Notes: generated by a model not told the origin, from the sequence alone. A stretch of DNA of 64,000 nt from an uncultured Acidobacteriota bacterium (GCA_963823105.1 CAWGKC010000003.1:119965-183964); one strand, 5' to 3'; shown: positions 28,317-38,440, numbered from the stretch's first letter. A program made the numbers and translations.

Positions 28317-29297
28317 TCAGACCTCGATCTTCACGATTTTCATGATTACGGCGTATCCGGCGATTTGAAGGCCGATCGCCGCCGCCAGCATGTAATGCCC
28401 TATCTCTTCGAGAAAAAAGAAACGGATGTAATCGGGATTGACCACGAACATCATGACAGCCACCCCGACCGGAATGAGCGTTAACGCCAGCCCGGTCATC
28501 CTTCCGTGCGCGCTGATGGCGCGAATCTTCCCTCGTAATTTGAAGCGTTCCCGGATCACATACGCCAACTTGTCGAGAATCTCCGCGAGATTGCCTCCAG
28601 TTCGCTTCTGAAGGATGACCGCCGACACGAAGAAATGGACATCGAGCGAAGGAATCCGTTTGGCCAGTTTCTCGAGCGCCGCCTCCAACGGCAAGCCAAG
28701 GTTGTGCTCCTCGAACGCCCGGCGAAACTCGCCGGCTAGCGGCTCTTGAAATTCCTTGTGGATCATTTCCAACGACACGGAAAACGCGTGGCCCGCACGC
28801 ATCGACCGGGCGACAAATTCCAGACTTTCCGGAAATAGCTCCTCAAAGCGCCTCAGGCGTTTCGTGCGCTTCCTCATCGCAAAGCCGAGCGGCAGTAGCC
28901 CCCCTATGATCGCCGGGAGAAAGGAAAGTTGCCGGTAGTCCTCCGGAATCGTAAACCAGCAGACCGCGAATACGGCGAGAAATAATCCCAGCGACGCGTG
29001 GATAAACCGCGTCGGATGCCAGCGCAATCCCGCCTGCTCCAAAAGCACGCCGATCCGTGAACTGAGCCGCAGCCGCTTCATCAGGGACGCGGCCAAGAGC
29101 CCTGTACCGGATTCCTGTTGAAACAGAGCCGGGAGCTGTGATTTCTTCGACTTCTTTTCCCGCTTCGTGCCGGCGCCCGCGGACAACCGTTCTTTGAGCC
29201 GGCCGGCGTCAGCCCGACGGAAGGCCCGGGAGAAAAACCACCAGGCTCCCATGGCGGAGATCCAGACCGCGAGTACGGCGAATAGGAACGCCGTCAT
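28317..29297 (-). CDS. tadB: Tad/Flp pilus inner-membrane platform protein TadB (T2SS-F family)
   Basis: T2SSF-domain pattern (FPESLEFVARSMRAGHAFSVSLEMI, QKRTGGNLAEILDKLA) and position after cpaF. Confidence 0.85.
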   Translation of the reverse strand: MTAFLFAVLAVWISAMGAWWFFSRAFRRADAGRLKERLSAGAGTKREKKSKKSQLPALFQQESGTGLLAASLMKRLRLSSRIGVLLEQAGLRWHPTRFIHASLGLFLAVFAVCWFTIPEDYRQLSFLPAIIGGLLPLGFAMRKRTKRLRRFEELFPESLEFVARSMRAGHAFSVSLEMIHKEFQEPLAGEFRRAFEEHNLGLPLEAALEKLAKRIPSLDVHFFVSAVILQKRTGGNLAEILDKLAYVIRERFKLRGKIRAISAHGRMTGLALTLIPVGVAVMMFVVNPDYIRFFFLEEIGHYMLAAAIGLQIAGYAVIMKIVKIEV

Positions 29298-29328
29298 GGC
29301 AGCCTTACTTTCCGGCGCGAGCGGCCCA

Positions 29329-30690
29329 TCAGACTTCCACCACCTCGTCGAACAATTCAGCCTCGAGCCGGATACCGGCCGCGAGCAATTTCTCGTAGAA
29401 TTTTGGACGGATGCCTGTCGCGGCGAACCGTCCCACGACTTTCCCGTCGGCGTCCAGGCCGCGCTTCTCGAAAACGAAGATGTCTTGGAGGGTGATCATC
29501 TCGCCTTCCATGCCCGTGATTTCGGTCACGTTCATGACGCGCCGCGATCCATCGCTCATCCGCGACGCCTGTACCAGAAGATTCACGGCGCTGGCGATCT
29601 GCTGGCGTATCGAGACCAATTGCATATTCGAGTTCGCCAACGAAACCATCACTTCCAGCCGGGATACCGCGTCGCGCGGGCTATTGGCGTGAACCGTGGT
29701 CAGCGATCCGTCGTGGCCGGTATTCATGGCCTGAAGCATATCGAGCGCTTCCTCTCCGCGGACCTCTCCAACCACGATCCGGTCCGGGCGCATGCGCAGG
29801 CTGTTGACGAGCAGTTCTCGCTGACGGATCGCTCCGCTGCCTTCGAGATTCGCCGGCCGTGTTTCCAGGCGCACCACATGTGGCTGTTTCAACTGGAGTT
29901 CGGCGGCGTCCTCGATGGTGACGATGCGCTCCCTTGGCGAAATGAAAGCCGATAGCGCGTTGAGCAGCGTCGTCTTACCGGCGCCGGTGCCGCCCGCGAT
30001 GATGATGTTCATCCTCGCCTTGACCGCGGCCTCGAGCAACGCCATCATTCCGGGAGTGAGCGCCTTTTTCTGAACGAGGTCGTTCGGCATCAGCTTGTCG
30101 GTGGAAAAACGGCGGATCGAAACGATGGGTCCATCGACGGCCAAGGGCGGAATAATGGCATTGACACGCGAGCCGTCGAGCAGCCGGGCGTCGACCATCG
30201 GCGTTGATTCGTCCACGCGCCGGCCCACCTGCGACACGATTTTGTCGATGATCCTCAGCAAATGCGAGCTATCGCGGAAGGAAACACCAGTTAATTCCAG
30301 CAGACCGCGCCGTTCCACGTAAACGTGTTTGTGCGTGTTGACCAGAATGTCGGATATTGTCGGATCTTGAAGCAGCGACTCAAGCGGCCCCAACCCGAAA
30401 ACCTCATCGAGGACCTCATCGACGATCTGTTGTTTTTCCGCCGAACTGAGCAGCGTGGGCTCGCTCTCGACCAACGCCACGAGCGCCTGCCGGATTTCTC
30501 CGCGCACGCGCTGATTATCGATGTTGGCCAATGCGTCGAGATTGATCTTATCCACCAGCTTGCGATGCAGCGCAAACTTCAGCTCCTGGTATTCCGGCTT
30601 CAACGCCGCGCGCGGACGGGCCGGATTCCTCATGAGCCTTTGCTCCCAATTCACGGCGGCCGGTTTGTTTGTCTCTTGAGGTGTTTGCAT
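29329..30690 (-). CDS. cpaF: Tad/Flp pilus secretion ATPase CpaF/TadA
   Basis: Walker [19 protein letters not shown], Asp/His boxes ([36 protein letters not shown]). Confidence 0.92.
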   Translation of the reverse strand: MQTPQETNKPAAVNWEQRLMRNPARPRAALKPEYQELKFALHRKLVDKINLDALANIDNQRVRGEIRQALVALVESEPTLLSSAEKQQIVDEVLDEVFGLGPLESLLQDPTISDILVNTHKHVYVERRGLLELTGVSFRDSSHLLRIIDKIVSQVGRRVDESTPMVDARLLDGSRVNAIIPPLAVDGPIVSIRRFSTDKLMPNDLVQKKALTPGMMALLEAAVKARMNIIIAGGTGAGKTTLLNALSAFISPRERIVTIEDAAELQLKQPHVVRLETRPANLEGSGAIRQRELLVNSLRMRPDRIVVGEVRGEEALDMLQAMNTGHDGSLTTVHANSPRDAVSRLEVMVSLANSNMQLVSIRQQIASAVNLLVQASRMSDGSRRVMNVTEITGMEGEMITLQDIFVFEKRGLDADGKVVGRFAATGIRPKFYEKLLAAGIRLEAELFDEVVEV

Positions 30691-30702
30691 CGCGAATTCG
30701 TC

Positions 30703-31878
30703 CTAGTGAACCATCGCCGTGCCCGCGGCGCATTTTCGCTGGTCTTCCACCAGACTCGCCGCAAGCGCCGCCGCCGCTTTTCCCAACTCCGTTTCGCCTC
30801 TGGCCGCCGAGCGCTGCATCAGTGCGCCCTGGAGAGCGAGAGAGTCGTTCGGAATCCGGGCTTGGACCGGACACGGAAATAGCTTGCCGACGTCGGCGAG
30901 GTTCGTTTGCCCGCGGCGGTCGATTCGATTTAGGACCAGGCGGAATCGTGTGTCCGGAAAACCAAGCTGGTGCAGGGCGGTCACCACTTTGCGGGCCAAA
31001 TGGAGGCTCGGCAATTCGGGAGTCGCGACGAGGAACGCCTGGTCCGCCTCGCTCAACACCAATAAACTAAAAGGCTCCAACGCGGGAGGCAAGTCGAGCA
31101 GGATCCAGTCGAAAGTATCCCGTGCCGATTCGACAAACGCGTCGAAGCGATCCATCTCGACCGGTTCGGCCAGCGGACAATGCGGCGCGGCAAGCACGGA
31201 TACCCCTCCACACTCATGCGCCAATGCGGCCCAGTCGGCGCCCCCGGCGCCGGCTTGCCCGATCGCCGCGGCGCTCGAAGCCTTCTCCGTGGCCTCCGTC
31301 AGGAATCCGAGCGTGCCTCCGCTGAAATCCAGATCGGCGGCCAAGATACGCTGGTGCGTTAGGGCCTTCAGGGCGAACGCCGTCTCCAGCGTCATCGTCG
31401 TCGCGCCCGAGCCCTCCTTCGCGCTTGTGAAGGCGATCACCCGGCCGGCGGTCTTTGTCTCTGCCGAGGGACGGAGCAGCCGTTCGATTCGATCGGCCGC
31501 CTCTCGCTGACTGTCCGGGCCGAAGGGCGCGTGCAGAAATTCCGTCGCCCCGACGCGGAGCGACTTCAGAATCGCTTCGGAATCGTTGGTCCAGTGTAAA
31601 CCGGCGATCCGGCATCCCGGTGCGCATGCGGCCGCCTCTCGAATTACGTCGCAGGCGGCCTCTAGATTCGACGCCAGATCGATTAGCAGAACGTCCGGCC
31701 TCACCTGCTCCAGGCGGATCTCGAGCGTCTTGCGGTTTGGATAGGTCTTGATCTCGGCCGCGATCTGAAAGGCGTGTGCCTCCGGAACCCGGTCGAGAAA
31801 CTGCCGGGATAGCTGCTTGTCCGGAGCGATCAGAAGCGCAGTGAGCCGGACCCGTTGAGTTGTTGCGTTGGACTTCAT
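30703..31878 (-). CDS. CpaE/TadZ-like pilus localisation protein (atypical receiver domain plus degenerate MinD/ParA-like ATPase domain)
   Basis: Start taken at MKSNATTQ (ATG 31878) because the ORF-track start at 31935 would overlap cpaC by 43 nt. N-terminal receiver-like fold (LLIAPD..., DVLLIDL). P-loop position reads SAKEGSGATT (31396-31425). Confidence 0.75.
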   Translation of the reverse strand: MKSNATTQRVRLTALLIAPDKQLSRQFLDRVPEAHAFQIAAEIKTYPNRKTLEIRLEQVRPDVLLIDLASNLEAACDVIREAAACAPGCRIAGLHWTNDSEAILKSLRVGATEFLHAPFGPDSQREAADRIERLLRPSAETKTAGRVIAFTSAKEGSGATTMTLETAFALKALTHQRILAADLDFSGGTLGFLTEATEKASSAAAIGQAGAGGADWAALAHECGGVSVLAAPHCPLAEPVEMDRFDAFVESARDTFDWILLDLPPALEPFSLLVLSEADQAFLVATPELPSLHLARKVVTALHQLGFPDTRFRLVLNRIDRRGQTNLADVGKLFPCPVQARIPNDSLALQGALMQRSAARGETELGKAAAALAASLVEDQRKCAAGTAMVH

Positions 31879-31892
31879 CGATTTCACCGGGA

Positions 31893-33308
31893 TCAGTGGC
31901 TTCCCGCCGCGCCATCGGAGGTTCCGCCCTGCCACCAGTGGCTATGGTGCGGCGGTACGGCCGATTGTTCCTGTTTCAACACTTTTGGGTCGAACGGCTT
32001 CATGAACTCCTTCGGCATGACCGGCAGCGGCTTAGGATCGCCCGGCATCAGCGGCTTAACTATTTCCGGGGTGACCATGATGATTAACTCCGTCCTCGAC
32101 CGGATTTCACTCCGGCTCTTGAACAGCGCGCCGATGATCGGCAGATTCGCCAAGCCAGGCATTCTTGTGAACGAATCCGTCACGCGATCGTCGATGAGGC
32201 CGGCGATGACGAAGCTTTGTCCGACGCCGAGCTCGACGTAGGTCTCGGTCTTGCGCGTGGCGAGCGCCGGGATCGTGAACCCGTCCAATGTGATCGCGTT
32301 GGTATAGTCGAGCGACGACACTTCCGGCTTCACATGCAGCTTGATCGTCTGATTTTCCGTGATGAATGGCGTGAATTCGAGCTTGACGCCAAACTCGTGA
32401 TACTGAATGGTGATAGCGCCGGCGTTAGCTCCGCCCTGAAGAATCGGAACGGGAAACTCGCCTCCGACGACGAAACTGGCGTCCTTCCCGTCGCTGGTGA
32501 CCAAATTCGGCTGGGCTAAAATCTGTAGCACTTGTTCGGTGACGAGGCTTTTTATGAAGGCGCCGAGATTCAGGTCGGGCCGGAACGCGAATATGTTCAA
32601 CGCGTCTGAAATCGAAAACTGCGTCGTCGTGCCGGCGGTGGGCCCTCCGATCGTCCCGCCGATCGTCGAAATCGAGGGCGCGGATGACCCGCCCGGCGCG
32701 ATCCGTCCGATCGTATTCCCGGCGCCGGTAGACATTAAATTAAACGCGAATTCCTTGTCCATCGACCGGTCGAGCAGCGCAAACACCACGTGAAGCACCA
32801 CTTGTCTATCCACGCCGTGGGAGTCGAGCGAGAGATTATTCACCACCGTCTTGGCGAACGGCGCGCACAAGGCCCCGGCTCGATCGGCGATGTCTTTGGT
32901 GGCGACATGGCCGGTCAGCGAGATGGAATCGTGCGAACCATATACATCGATCGCCTGAGAGGGGAACGACTCCCGAATCAGTTGCCGCAGCGGGTCCAGG
33001 TTCTGCTCGACGGTGAAATTATAAAACTGCTTCTCTCCGGATTTGCCCCATACCACCAATGTCGCCGACCCGTACGCCCGCCCATGGACAAGAACTTCGT
33101 GTTTGGTGACTGGCGAGGCGTCCACAATGTCCGGATTGCTCGTGGAAATGCGTTCGACATCGGCTGGATAGTCGAGGACGATGCTCTTACCCACGGTTAG
33201 CTGCATCTCCTGCGCGTTCTGGGCCTGGATCAGCCCGAGGCCGCCTACTAGGAGGATTGCCGCCACTAGACGCCCCGCGGCCATCGCGAAACTGGTCATG
33301 CCGTTCAT
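31893..33308 (-). CDS. cpaC: Tad/Flp pilus secretin CpaC/RcpA
   Basis: Pilus-formation N-terminal domain (LTVGKSIVLDYPADVERISTSNPDIVD...LVHGRAYGSATLVVW) plus the C-terminal secretin domain (VELGVGQSFVIAGLI..., MPGLANLPIIGALFKS, ELIIMVTPEIV). ATG overlaps the cpaB TGA. Confidence 0.88.
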   Translation of the reverse strand: MNGMTSFAMAAGRLVAAILLVGGLGLIQAQNAQEMQLTVGKSIVLDYPADVERISTSNPDIVDASPVTKHEVLVHGRAYGSATLVVWGKSGEKQFYNFTVEQNLDPLRQLIRESFPSQAIDVYGSHDSISLTGHVATKDIADRAGALCAPFAKTVVNNLSLDSHGVDRQVVLHVVFALLDRSMDKEFAFNLMSTGAGNTIGRIAPGGSSAPSISTIGGTIGGPTAGTTTQFSISDALNIFAFRPDLNLGAFIKSLVTEQVLQILAQPNLVTSDGKDASFVVGGEFPVPILQGGANAGAITIQYHEFGVKLEFTPFITENQTIKLHVKPEVSSLDYTNAITLDGFTIPALATRKTETYVELGVGQSFVIAGLIDDRVTDSFTRMPGLANLPIIGALFKSRSEIRSRTELIIMVTPEIVKPLMPGDPKPLPVMPKEFMKPFDPKVLKQEQSAVPPHHSHWWQGGTSDGAAGSH

Positions 33309-34195
33309 TGATGCTGTTCCCCCGCCAATGCCGTCGTGGAGAGCGATTCGACGGTTCGCTTCGTTCCCCGGAAGACGATCACTTCATCGCTGACTGGTGC
33401 TTTCACCGGATGGACCGCGCTCGAAGCCGCCAAATGCCTTGGATGCTCACGCGGGGACGTGTCCCCGGGCGGTTTCGGCGTAGGCGGTCGCACCCCATAC
33501 AACTCGGATAGTTCCCTGCCCGGAGTCTTTTCGATCCGCTGGTCGTTTGAGTTTCGCAGCACCAGTTGAATGCGCCCATCGCTCGCGGCGAGCGTCAATG
33601 TCTCAGCTTGTTCGGGAGACACTAGCAAGGTGACCGTCGGTGCTGGGATCGCTTGCCCACGGGCGTCCGGTTGCGTCGCCGTGCCGGCCGAGAGGACGAG
33701 AATGTCCTGTAAGCATGTCGTGGTAATCATGCCCGCCGACTCCGGCGGCCGTCCCGTCACCAAGACGTCTACCCGCATTCCCGGAAAGACGAACCCCGCG
33801 ACTCCCACGACATCGTTTACTCTCACGGTCACGGCCCGCATTCCAACGGGTATCACCGGCGCCAGTCCCAACCCGCTTCCCTTGGCGGCCAGACGGCCAC
33901 CCAAGATCGCCTCGTCGGCCAGAATGTTGCTCACGACGGAACGGTCCAACACTTCATTGACATGCGAATATCCCCCCCTCGGAAACATCGCGACTGGGAT
34001 GAGGCCAATCTTCAAGTCCGCCGGCTTGACGGTTGTCCCGATGGTCAGCGCACGAGCGGCGAGTACGATCTCCTTCTGCTCCTGCTTGCCCTGGCCGCCC
34101 GGCCTCCCGGAGCGCGCCACGCGGTAGAAAACACTCGACACCAACAGCGCAAAGACAAGGCTGAGTGCCAAAACCGTAAGAAATCGGCGATCCAT
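33305..34195 (-). CDS. cpaB: Flp pilus assembly protein CpaB/RcpC (SAF domain)
   Basis: N-terminal TM helix, SAF-like region (LTIGTTVKPADL), then GMRAVTVRVNDVVGVAGFVFPGMRVDVLVTG. Confidence 0.85.
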   Translation of the reverse strand: MDRRFLTVLALSLVFALLVSSVFYRVARSGRPGGQGKQEQKEIVLAARALTIGTTVKPADLKIGLIPVAMFPRGGYSHVNEVLDRSVVSNILADEAILGGRLAAKGSGLGLAPVIPVGMRAVTVRVNDVVGVAGFVFPGMRVDVLVTGRPPESAGMITTTCLQDILVLSAGTATQPDARGQAIPAPTVTLLVSPEQAETLTLAASDGRIQLVLRNSNDQRIEKTPGRELSELYGVRPPTPKPPGDTSPREHPRHLAASSAVHPVKAPVSDEVIVFRGTKRTVESLSTTALAGEQHQ

Positions 34196-34250
34196 GAATA
34201 AGTGTCCTGTCCGTCCCTATACCGTTATTCGGCGGTTTCTCTCCCGCCCT

Positions 34251-34709
34251 TTAGGCCCCAAGCAAACTAAGCCAAACTCCCAGCGCGATCGCCGGTGCGT
34301 AGGGAATGGAGTCGGACGCCGTCCCCGACGGCGCCTCCGTGCGGGACAGCCGCCTCGACAGCCACCGCACGCTGAGCGCGCCAACCGCCAGAAACGCGCC
34401 ACACGCCGCCGACCACAGCGCCGCCGCCGCCAGATGTTCGATCCCAATCAGGGCTCCAAAGCCGGCCATCAGCTTGACATCCCCTCCGCCCATGCCGCCC
34501 AACACGTAAAACACCAGAAACACGGCGAAACCGGCGCACGCCCCCAGCACGGACCCCACCGCGCCGCGCCATCCCCCAACCGCCGTCTGCCAGGCGATCC
34601 CGCTCGCCAGCGCCGCCAGCGGAATCCAGTTCGCAATCCGCCGGCGCGACAGATCGTCAATTGAGGCCGCCAATCCGATCACCACGGCGATGCAGACCTG
34701 TAGCGTCAC
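34251..34709 (-). CDS. A24-family prepilin peptidase (TadV/CpaA type)
   Basis: 152 aa, polytopic, two catalytic Asp contexts (ASIDDLSRRRI and GGGDVKLMAGFGALIG). GTG start overlaps the upstream gene's TGA (GTGA). Confidence 0.85.
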   Translation of the reverse strand: MTLQVCIAVVIGLAASIDDLSRRRIANWIPLAALASGIAWQTAVGGWRGAVGSVLGACAGFAVFLVFYVLGGMGGGDVKLMAGFGALIGIEHLAAAALWSAACGAFLAVGALSVRWLSRRLSRTEAPSGTASDSIPYAPAIALGVWLSLLGA

Positions 34710-36280
34710 TTAGCCTTCTCCCTTGTAAGTTCATTTCGGCCGGATCCTTGGTTTCCTTGAAGCGCAAACAACAGAGTCCTTCCGTCGTCTTCCACCATCG
34801 TCCACGCGCGGTCCTCTTTCAGCAGTTCGCCCAAAGGCCACGACGCCGGAATCAAAACCGCCTCAATCCCGTACCGGCTCAACAGCCTCCTCCACCGGTA
34901 ATCCCCGTTTCTCATCCGCAGGTAATCTCCCCCTACCCCTTCCCCATAAAAATCGCTCCGCCCATCGATAAACACCCGCCTCTCCGGATAAAAGCGAAAG
35001 ATCAGGTAATCCCCCCATTGATCGCTCGAAAGAACTCGGCTTCCCCTGAACAGTTCACTGTGCCGCCCGATCATCCCGCTCGGAAATATGTCGCTCGGAA
35101 ATCGATCCGGCAGCCTCCCTTGCAAAAGGACCAGCGCCACCGCCAGCCCCGCCGGCAGCCACAGGCTCCACCGCCCGAACGCGGGCCGCAAGTCTTCACC
35201 CACCTGGCGCAAGATCGCCAGGACGCCCGCTCGCCCCCTCCGCCGTCCCCACCATTTCCAGAACCGCTCCGCTTCCACCGCCACAAGCGGCGCCGCCACG
35301 ATCGCAAAAATCGGAATGTGCCGCGCCGATCCCAGCGCCAGGTACGCCGCCGCCACCAGCCACAGCGCCTCCGTAAACTCCCTCCGCCGCAGCTTCCACC
35401 CCGCCGCCATCAAACCCAGCATCAGCAGCGCCTCGAAATGCAGTTGGTTCTCCCCGCGAAAAGTCGGCGCCTGAAACTCCTGCACCGCGCTCCGTATCCA
35501 ATCGGAGCTCAAGTAAGACAGGACATGCCGGTGCAGATTCCAGCCATACGGATTCACGAAGGTGGCCACGGCGCAACAACCCAATAACGCCGCCTGCCTC
35601 CCCACCGTTCTCCCCGGCCGCCGCCCCGCCCGCCACTCCACTCCCGATCCAACCACCAACAGCGCCAGCAGCAAAATCAACAGGAAAACCCCGCCGTGAA
35701 GGTTCGTCCAAATCGCCGTCAGCGCCGGCAAGAACCAGATCCCCCTCCACGCCTCGCGCCGGTCCCGTTCGATCATCCACATCGCCCCGGCCAGCGACAC
35801 CAGCGTTAGCAAATGCGGCCGCGCCAAAAAATGAATGCTCGAACTCGTCACCGCGATCAGCGTGAGCGCCAACCCCGTCAGCGGATTCACTCCGCGCCAC
35901 AACATCTGTCTCAACAACAGCCCGGCCAGCGCGACAATGCACAGCGCCGCCAGCACCACCACGGCCCGCAACCCCCCGCCCCGGAACAGCAGCGCGAACA
36001 CCACGTCGGACAGCCACTCCCAGGCAAACCACGGCTGCCCCGCCCGCGAGAACGAAAACAAATCCACCGCCGGCGCCGCGCGATGCGCCAGAATCCATTC
36101 GCCCGTCCGGATGTGCCACCCCGTGTCCCCGTCGGCCAAAAACCCCTGCCAGCCGGAAGACAACACCACAAACAGCGCCACCAAAAAACAATCCGCCAGC
36201 GACGGCGCAAACCACCGCCTCCACGCCCACGCGGCGCGTCGCTCTCCCACCGCAACGCCGGCTATAACGGAAGCGGACAC
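34706..36280 (-). CDS. Large polytopic membrane protein with soluble C-terminal domain; GT-C-like glycosyltransferase is a guess
   Basis: 524 aa, at least 10 hydrophobic segments. Conserved-looking first loop LADGDTGWHIRTGEWIL...DLFSFS...WFAWEWLSDV. C-terminal soluble part SDQWGDYLIFRFYPERRVFIDGRSDFYG. I can prove no catalytic motif. Confidence 0.5.
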   Translation of the reverse strand: MSASVIAGVAVGERRAAWAWRRWFAPSLADCFLVALFVVLSSGWQGFLADGDTGWHIRTGEWILAHRAAPAVDLFSFSRAGQPWFAWEWLSDVVFALLFRGGGLRAVVVLAALCIVALAGLLLRQMLWRGVNPLTGLALTLIAVTSSSIHFLARPHLLTLVSLAGAMWMIERDRREAWRGIWFLPALTAIWTNLHGGVFLLILLLALLVVGSGVEWRAGRRPGRTVGRQAALLGCCAVATFVNPYGWNLHRHVLSYLSSDWIRSAVQEFQAPTFRGENQLHFEALLMLGLMAAGWKLRRREFTEALWLVAAAYLALGSARHIPIFAIVAAPLVAVEAERFWKWWGRRRGRAGVLAILRQVGEDLRPAFGRWSLWLPAGLAVALVLLQGRLPDRFPSDIFPSGMIGRHSELFRGSRVLSSDQWGDYLIFRFYPERRVFIDGRSDFYGEGVGGDYLRMRNGDYRWRRLLSRYGIEAVLIPASWPLGELLKEDRAWTMVEDDGRTLLFALQGNQGSGRNELTREKAK

Positions 36281-36332
36281 TCCCCCGTTCTATCGGCCCC
36301 GTCCGCCCCCTCCAATAGGGCCGCCCCGCCCG

Positions 36333-38285
36333 CTATTTCATGTTCTCGCCGAACCAGGCCACCGTCCGCGCCATCACGTCCCGCATATCCTCCGGCTTGT
36401 GAAACCGGTGCCCCTCGCCCGCATACACCACCAGCCGCGTCTTCACCCCCAAACTCTTCAACGCGTGCCAGTATTCAAACGACTGCGGCGCCGGACACTC
36501 CCCGTCGCTATCGCCCACCACCACCAGCGTCGGCGTCTTCACGTTCTTCACGAAATCGATCGGCGCGCTCTTGGCATACACCGCCGGATCGTCGTAAACC
36601 GTCGCCCCAAAATAAGGAATCATCCATTGATCGATGGAATTCTGCCCATAGTAGCTCTGCCAGTTCGCCAGCCCCGCCCCCGCCACCGCCGCCCGGAACC
36701 GCTGCGTCTGCGTCACCGCCCACATCGTCATGTATCCGCCATAGCTCCACCCCGCGATCCCCACCCGTTGGCTGTCTACCGGATACTCCGCCGTCACCGC
36801 ATCCACCCCCGCCAAAATGTCCTTCAAATCCCCGCCGCCGAAATCCTTCACATTCGCCGCCGTGAACGCCTCCCCCTGCCCATAGCTCCCCCGCGGATTC
36901 GGAAAGAACACGAAATACCCTTCGTTCGACAACAGCGTCAAATCGAAAAACGCCCTCGGCCACGAAGGCTTCCTCGCGCTCGCCGGCCCCCCATGCACGC
37001 TCACCACCATCGGATACTTCTTCGTTCCCGCCTCGAACCCCGCCGGCAACACCAGCCATCCCTGCACCTCGAAATCCCCGCTCTTCCACGTCACGCTCTT
37101 CGCCTCGCCCCACGCCGGCTTCATCCCCGCGTTGGCGTGGCTCACCTGCGTCCACCTCCCCACCGGCCCCGCCCAAACCTCCGGCGCCATCGTCCACGAC
37201 GAACGCACCGCCGCCGCCTCCGTCCCGTCTTTCGACAACGAAATCTCTTCCCCGCCCGCGTGTACGCTTTCATCGCCCTTCCAATTCGTCTCCGTCGTCC
37301 CGCTGGCCAGATCCAGCGTCGATACCGCCGTCGAACCCCCCACCGTCTCGGCGAAAAGTATCCGCTTCGACGACGGCAGCCAGCTCAGCCAACTCGGCGA
37401 CGCCTTCCGCCCCGGCGTCCGGTCCACCGCCTCGCCCCCCGCCGCCGCCACCGTATAGATGTCCCCGCCCGTCGCCCCCTCGTCGCTCATGATCCCCTCG
37501 ATGAACGCGATCGTCGATCCATCCGGCGACCACCTCGGCCCCGCCATCTGCATCCTCGTCTCATGCACCGTCTTCACCGCCCCGCTCGCCACATCCAACG
37601 TGTACAGCTTCGCCGTCCACCAATTGTCGTCCCCCGGTCCCGGCGCGGCCGTGTATACAAAGTGCGCGCTATCCGGCGCCCAGTCGTATTCATAGATGTA
37701 CAACCCGTCCGGCGACACCGTACGCATCTTCCCCGACGCCGCGTCGATCACCACCAGCTTCTGCAGAAAAATCGCGTCGTCGATCACCCCCGCGGGCGGC
37801 GTCTCCGCCTCCAACGGTCCCGCCGCCCGCGGCGCGTTCTCGGTAAACAACATCGCGATCCCCCGCCCGTCCGGCGCCCACTCCGGCCTCGCCAAAAAAC
37901 CCTTCAGGCTCGTCAACCGGTGCGCCTTGAACGCCCCCTTCCCGCTCACCGCCATCGTCCAAAGCTGCAACTGCCGCGCGTCCGCGCTCCCCGCTTCCGG
38001 CGCCAAAAACGCCACCCGCGCGCTGTCCGGCGCCCACGCCGCCTCCCGCGCACCCGCCAGCGAAACCGTCCGCTCCCGCCCCTCTCCCAACGGTCGAATC
38101 AGCATCCGCGCCGTTTGCGGATCCCCATTCGCCGCCTCCGTCCACGCCACCGTCTTCCCATCCGGTGAAATCGCCGTCTCCCCCAGCGTCTTCACCTTGT
38201 CCAGATTCTCCAGCGTCGCATCCAGCGTCTTCTGTCCCCAAACGCCGCCGCCGCCAATCACAAGTAGAAAAACAAATTTCCGCAT
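36333..38285 (-). CDS. S9-family serine peptidase (prolyl oligopeptidase/acylaminoacyl peptidase type) with N-terminal TolB-like beta-propeller
   Basis: Signal peptide MRKFVFLLVIGGGGVWGQ (start moved to ATG 38285). ISPDGK/WSPDGS propeller repeats. Nucleophile elbow GWSYGGYM. C-terminal VVGDSDGECP...YAGEGHRF (Asp/His). Confidence 0.88.
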   Translation of the reverse strand: MRKFVFLLVIGGGGVWGQKTLDATLENLDKVKTLGETAISPDGKTVAWTEAANGDPQTARMLIRPLGEGRERTVSLAGAREAAWAPDSARVAFLAPEAGSADARQLQLWTMAVSGKGAFKAHRLTSLKGFLARPEWAPDGRGIAMLFTENAPRAAGPLEAETPPAGVIDDAIFLQKLVVIDAASGKMRTVSPDGLYIYEYDWAPDSAHFVYTAAPGPGDDNWWTAKLYTLDVASGAVKTVHETRMQMAGPRWSPDGSTIAFIEGIMSDEGATGGDIYTVAAAGGEAVDRTPGRKASPSWLSWLPSSKRILFAETVGGSTAVSTLDLASGTTETNWKGDESVHAGGEEISLSKDGTEAAAVRSSWTMAPEVWAGPVGRWTQVSHANAGMKPAWGEAKSVTWKSGDFEVQGWLVLPAGFEAGTKKYPMVVSVHGGPASARKPSWPRAFFDLTLLSNEGYFVFFPNPRGSYGQGEAFTAANVKDFGGGDLKDILAGVDAVTAEYPVDSQRVGIAGWSYGGYMTMWAVTQTQRFRAAVAGAGLANWQSYYGQNSIDQWMIPYFGATVYDDPAVYAKSAPIDFVKNVKTPTLVVVGDSDGECPAPQSFEYWHALKSLGVKTRLVVYAGEGHRFHKPEDMRDVMARTVAWFGENMK

Positions 38286-38440
38286 TCGCCCTGTAGGATA
38301 CCGTTTTCCGCTACCGATGGAATCGTTCCGCAAGCATCACCTAGACGAAGTCCGCGCCGCAACACTGCGCGGAGCCGGACCGCCTCCGGGCCACCTTCCA
38401 CATCGTCTGTCTGACGCCCGGCGGAATCGCCACCGGAAAA

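Noticed and set aside
31879-31935. ORF-track start of the cpaE/tadZ gene at 31935.
   Set aside because: It would overlap the cpaC 3' end by 43 nt. ATG 31878 gives a 14-nt gap, and the N-terminus MKSNATTQRVRL leads straight into the receiver-like fold.
34661-38168. Very long plus-strand ORFs (for example 35835..38168 at 777 aa, 35813..36865, 34661..35587) opposite the peptidase and membrane-protein genes.
   Set aside because: They are extremely Arg/Pro/His-rich and low-complexity, and lie antisense to genes with clear family motifs. This is the classic shadow-ORF pattern of high-GC DNA. The same applies to 12094..13233, 16530..17636, 6767..7645, 20439..21020, 45023..46171(-) and 47316..48437(-).
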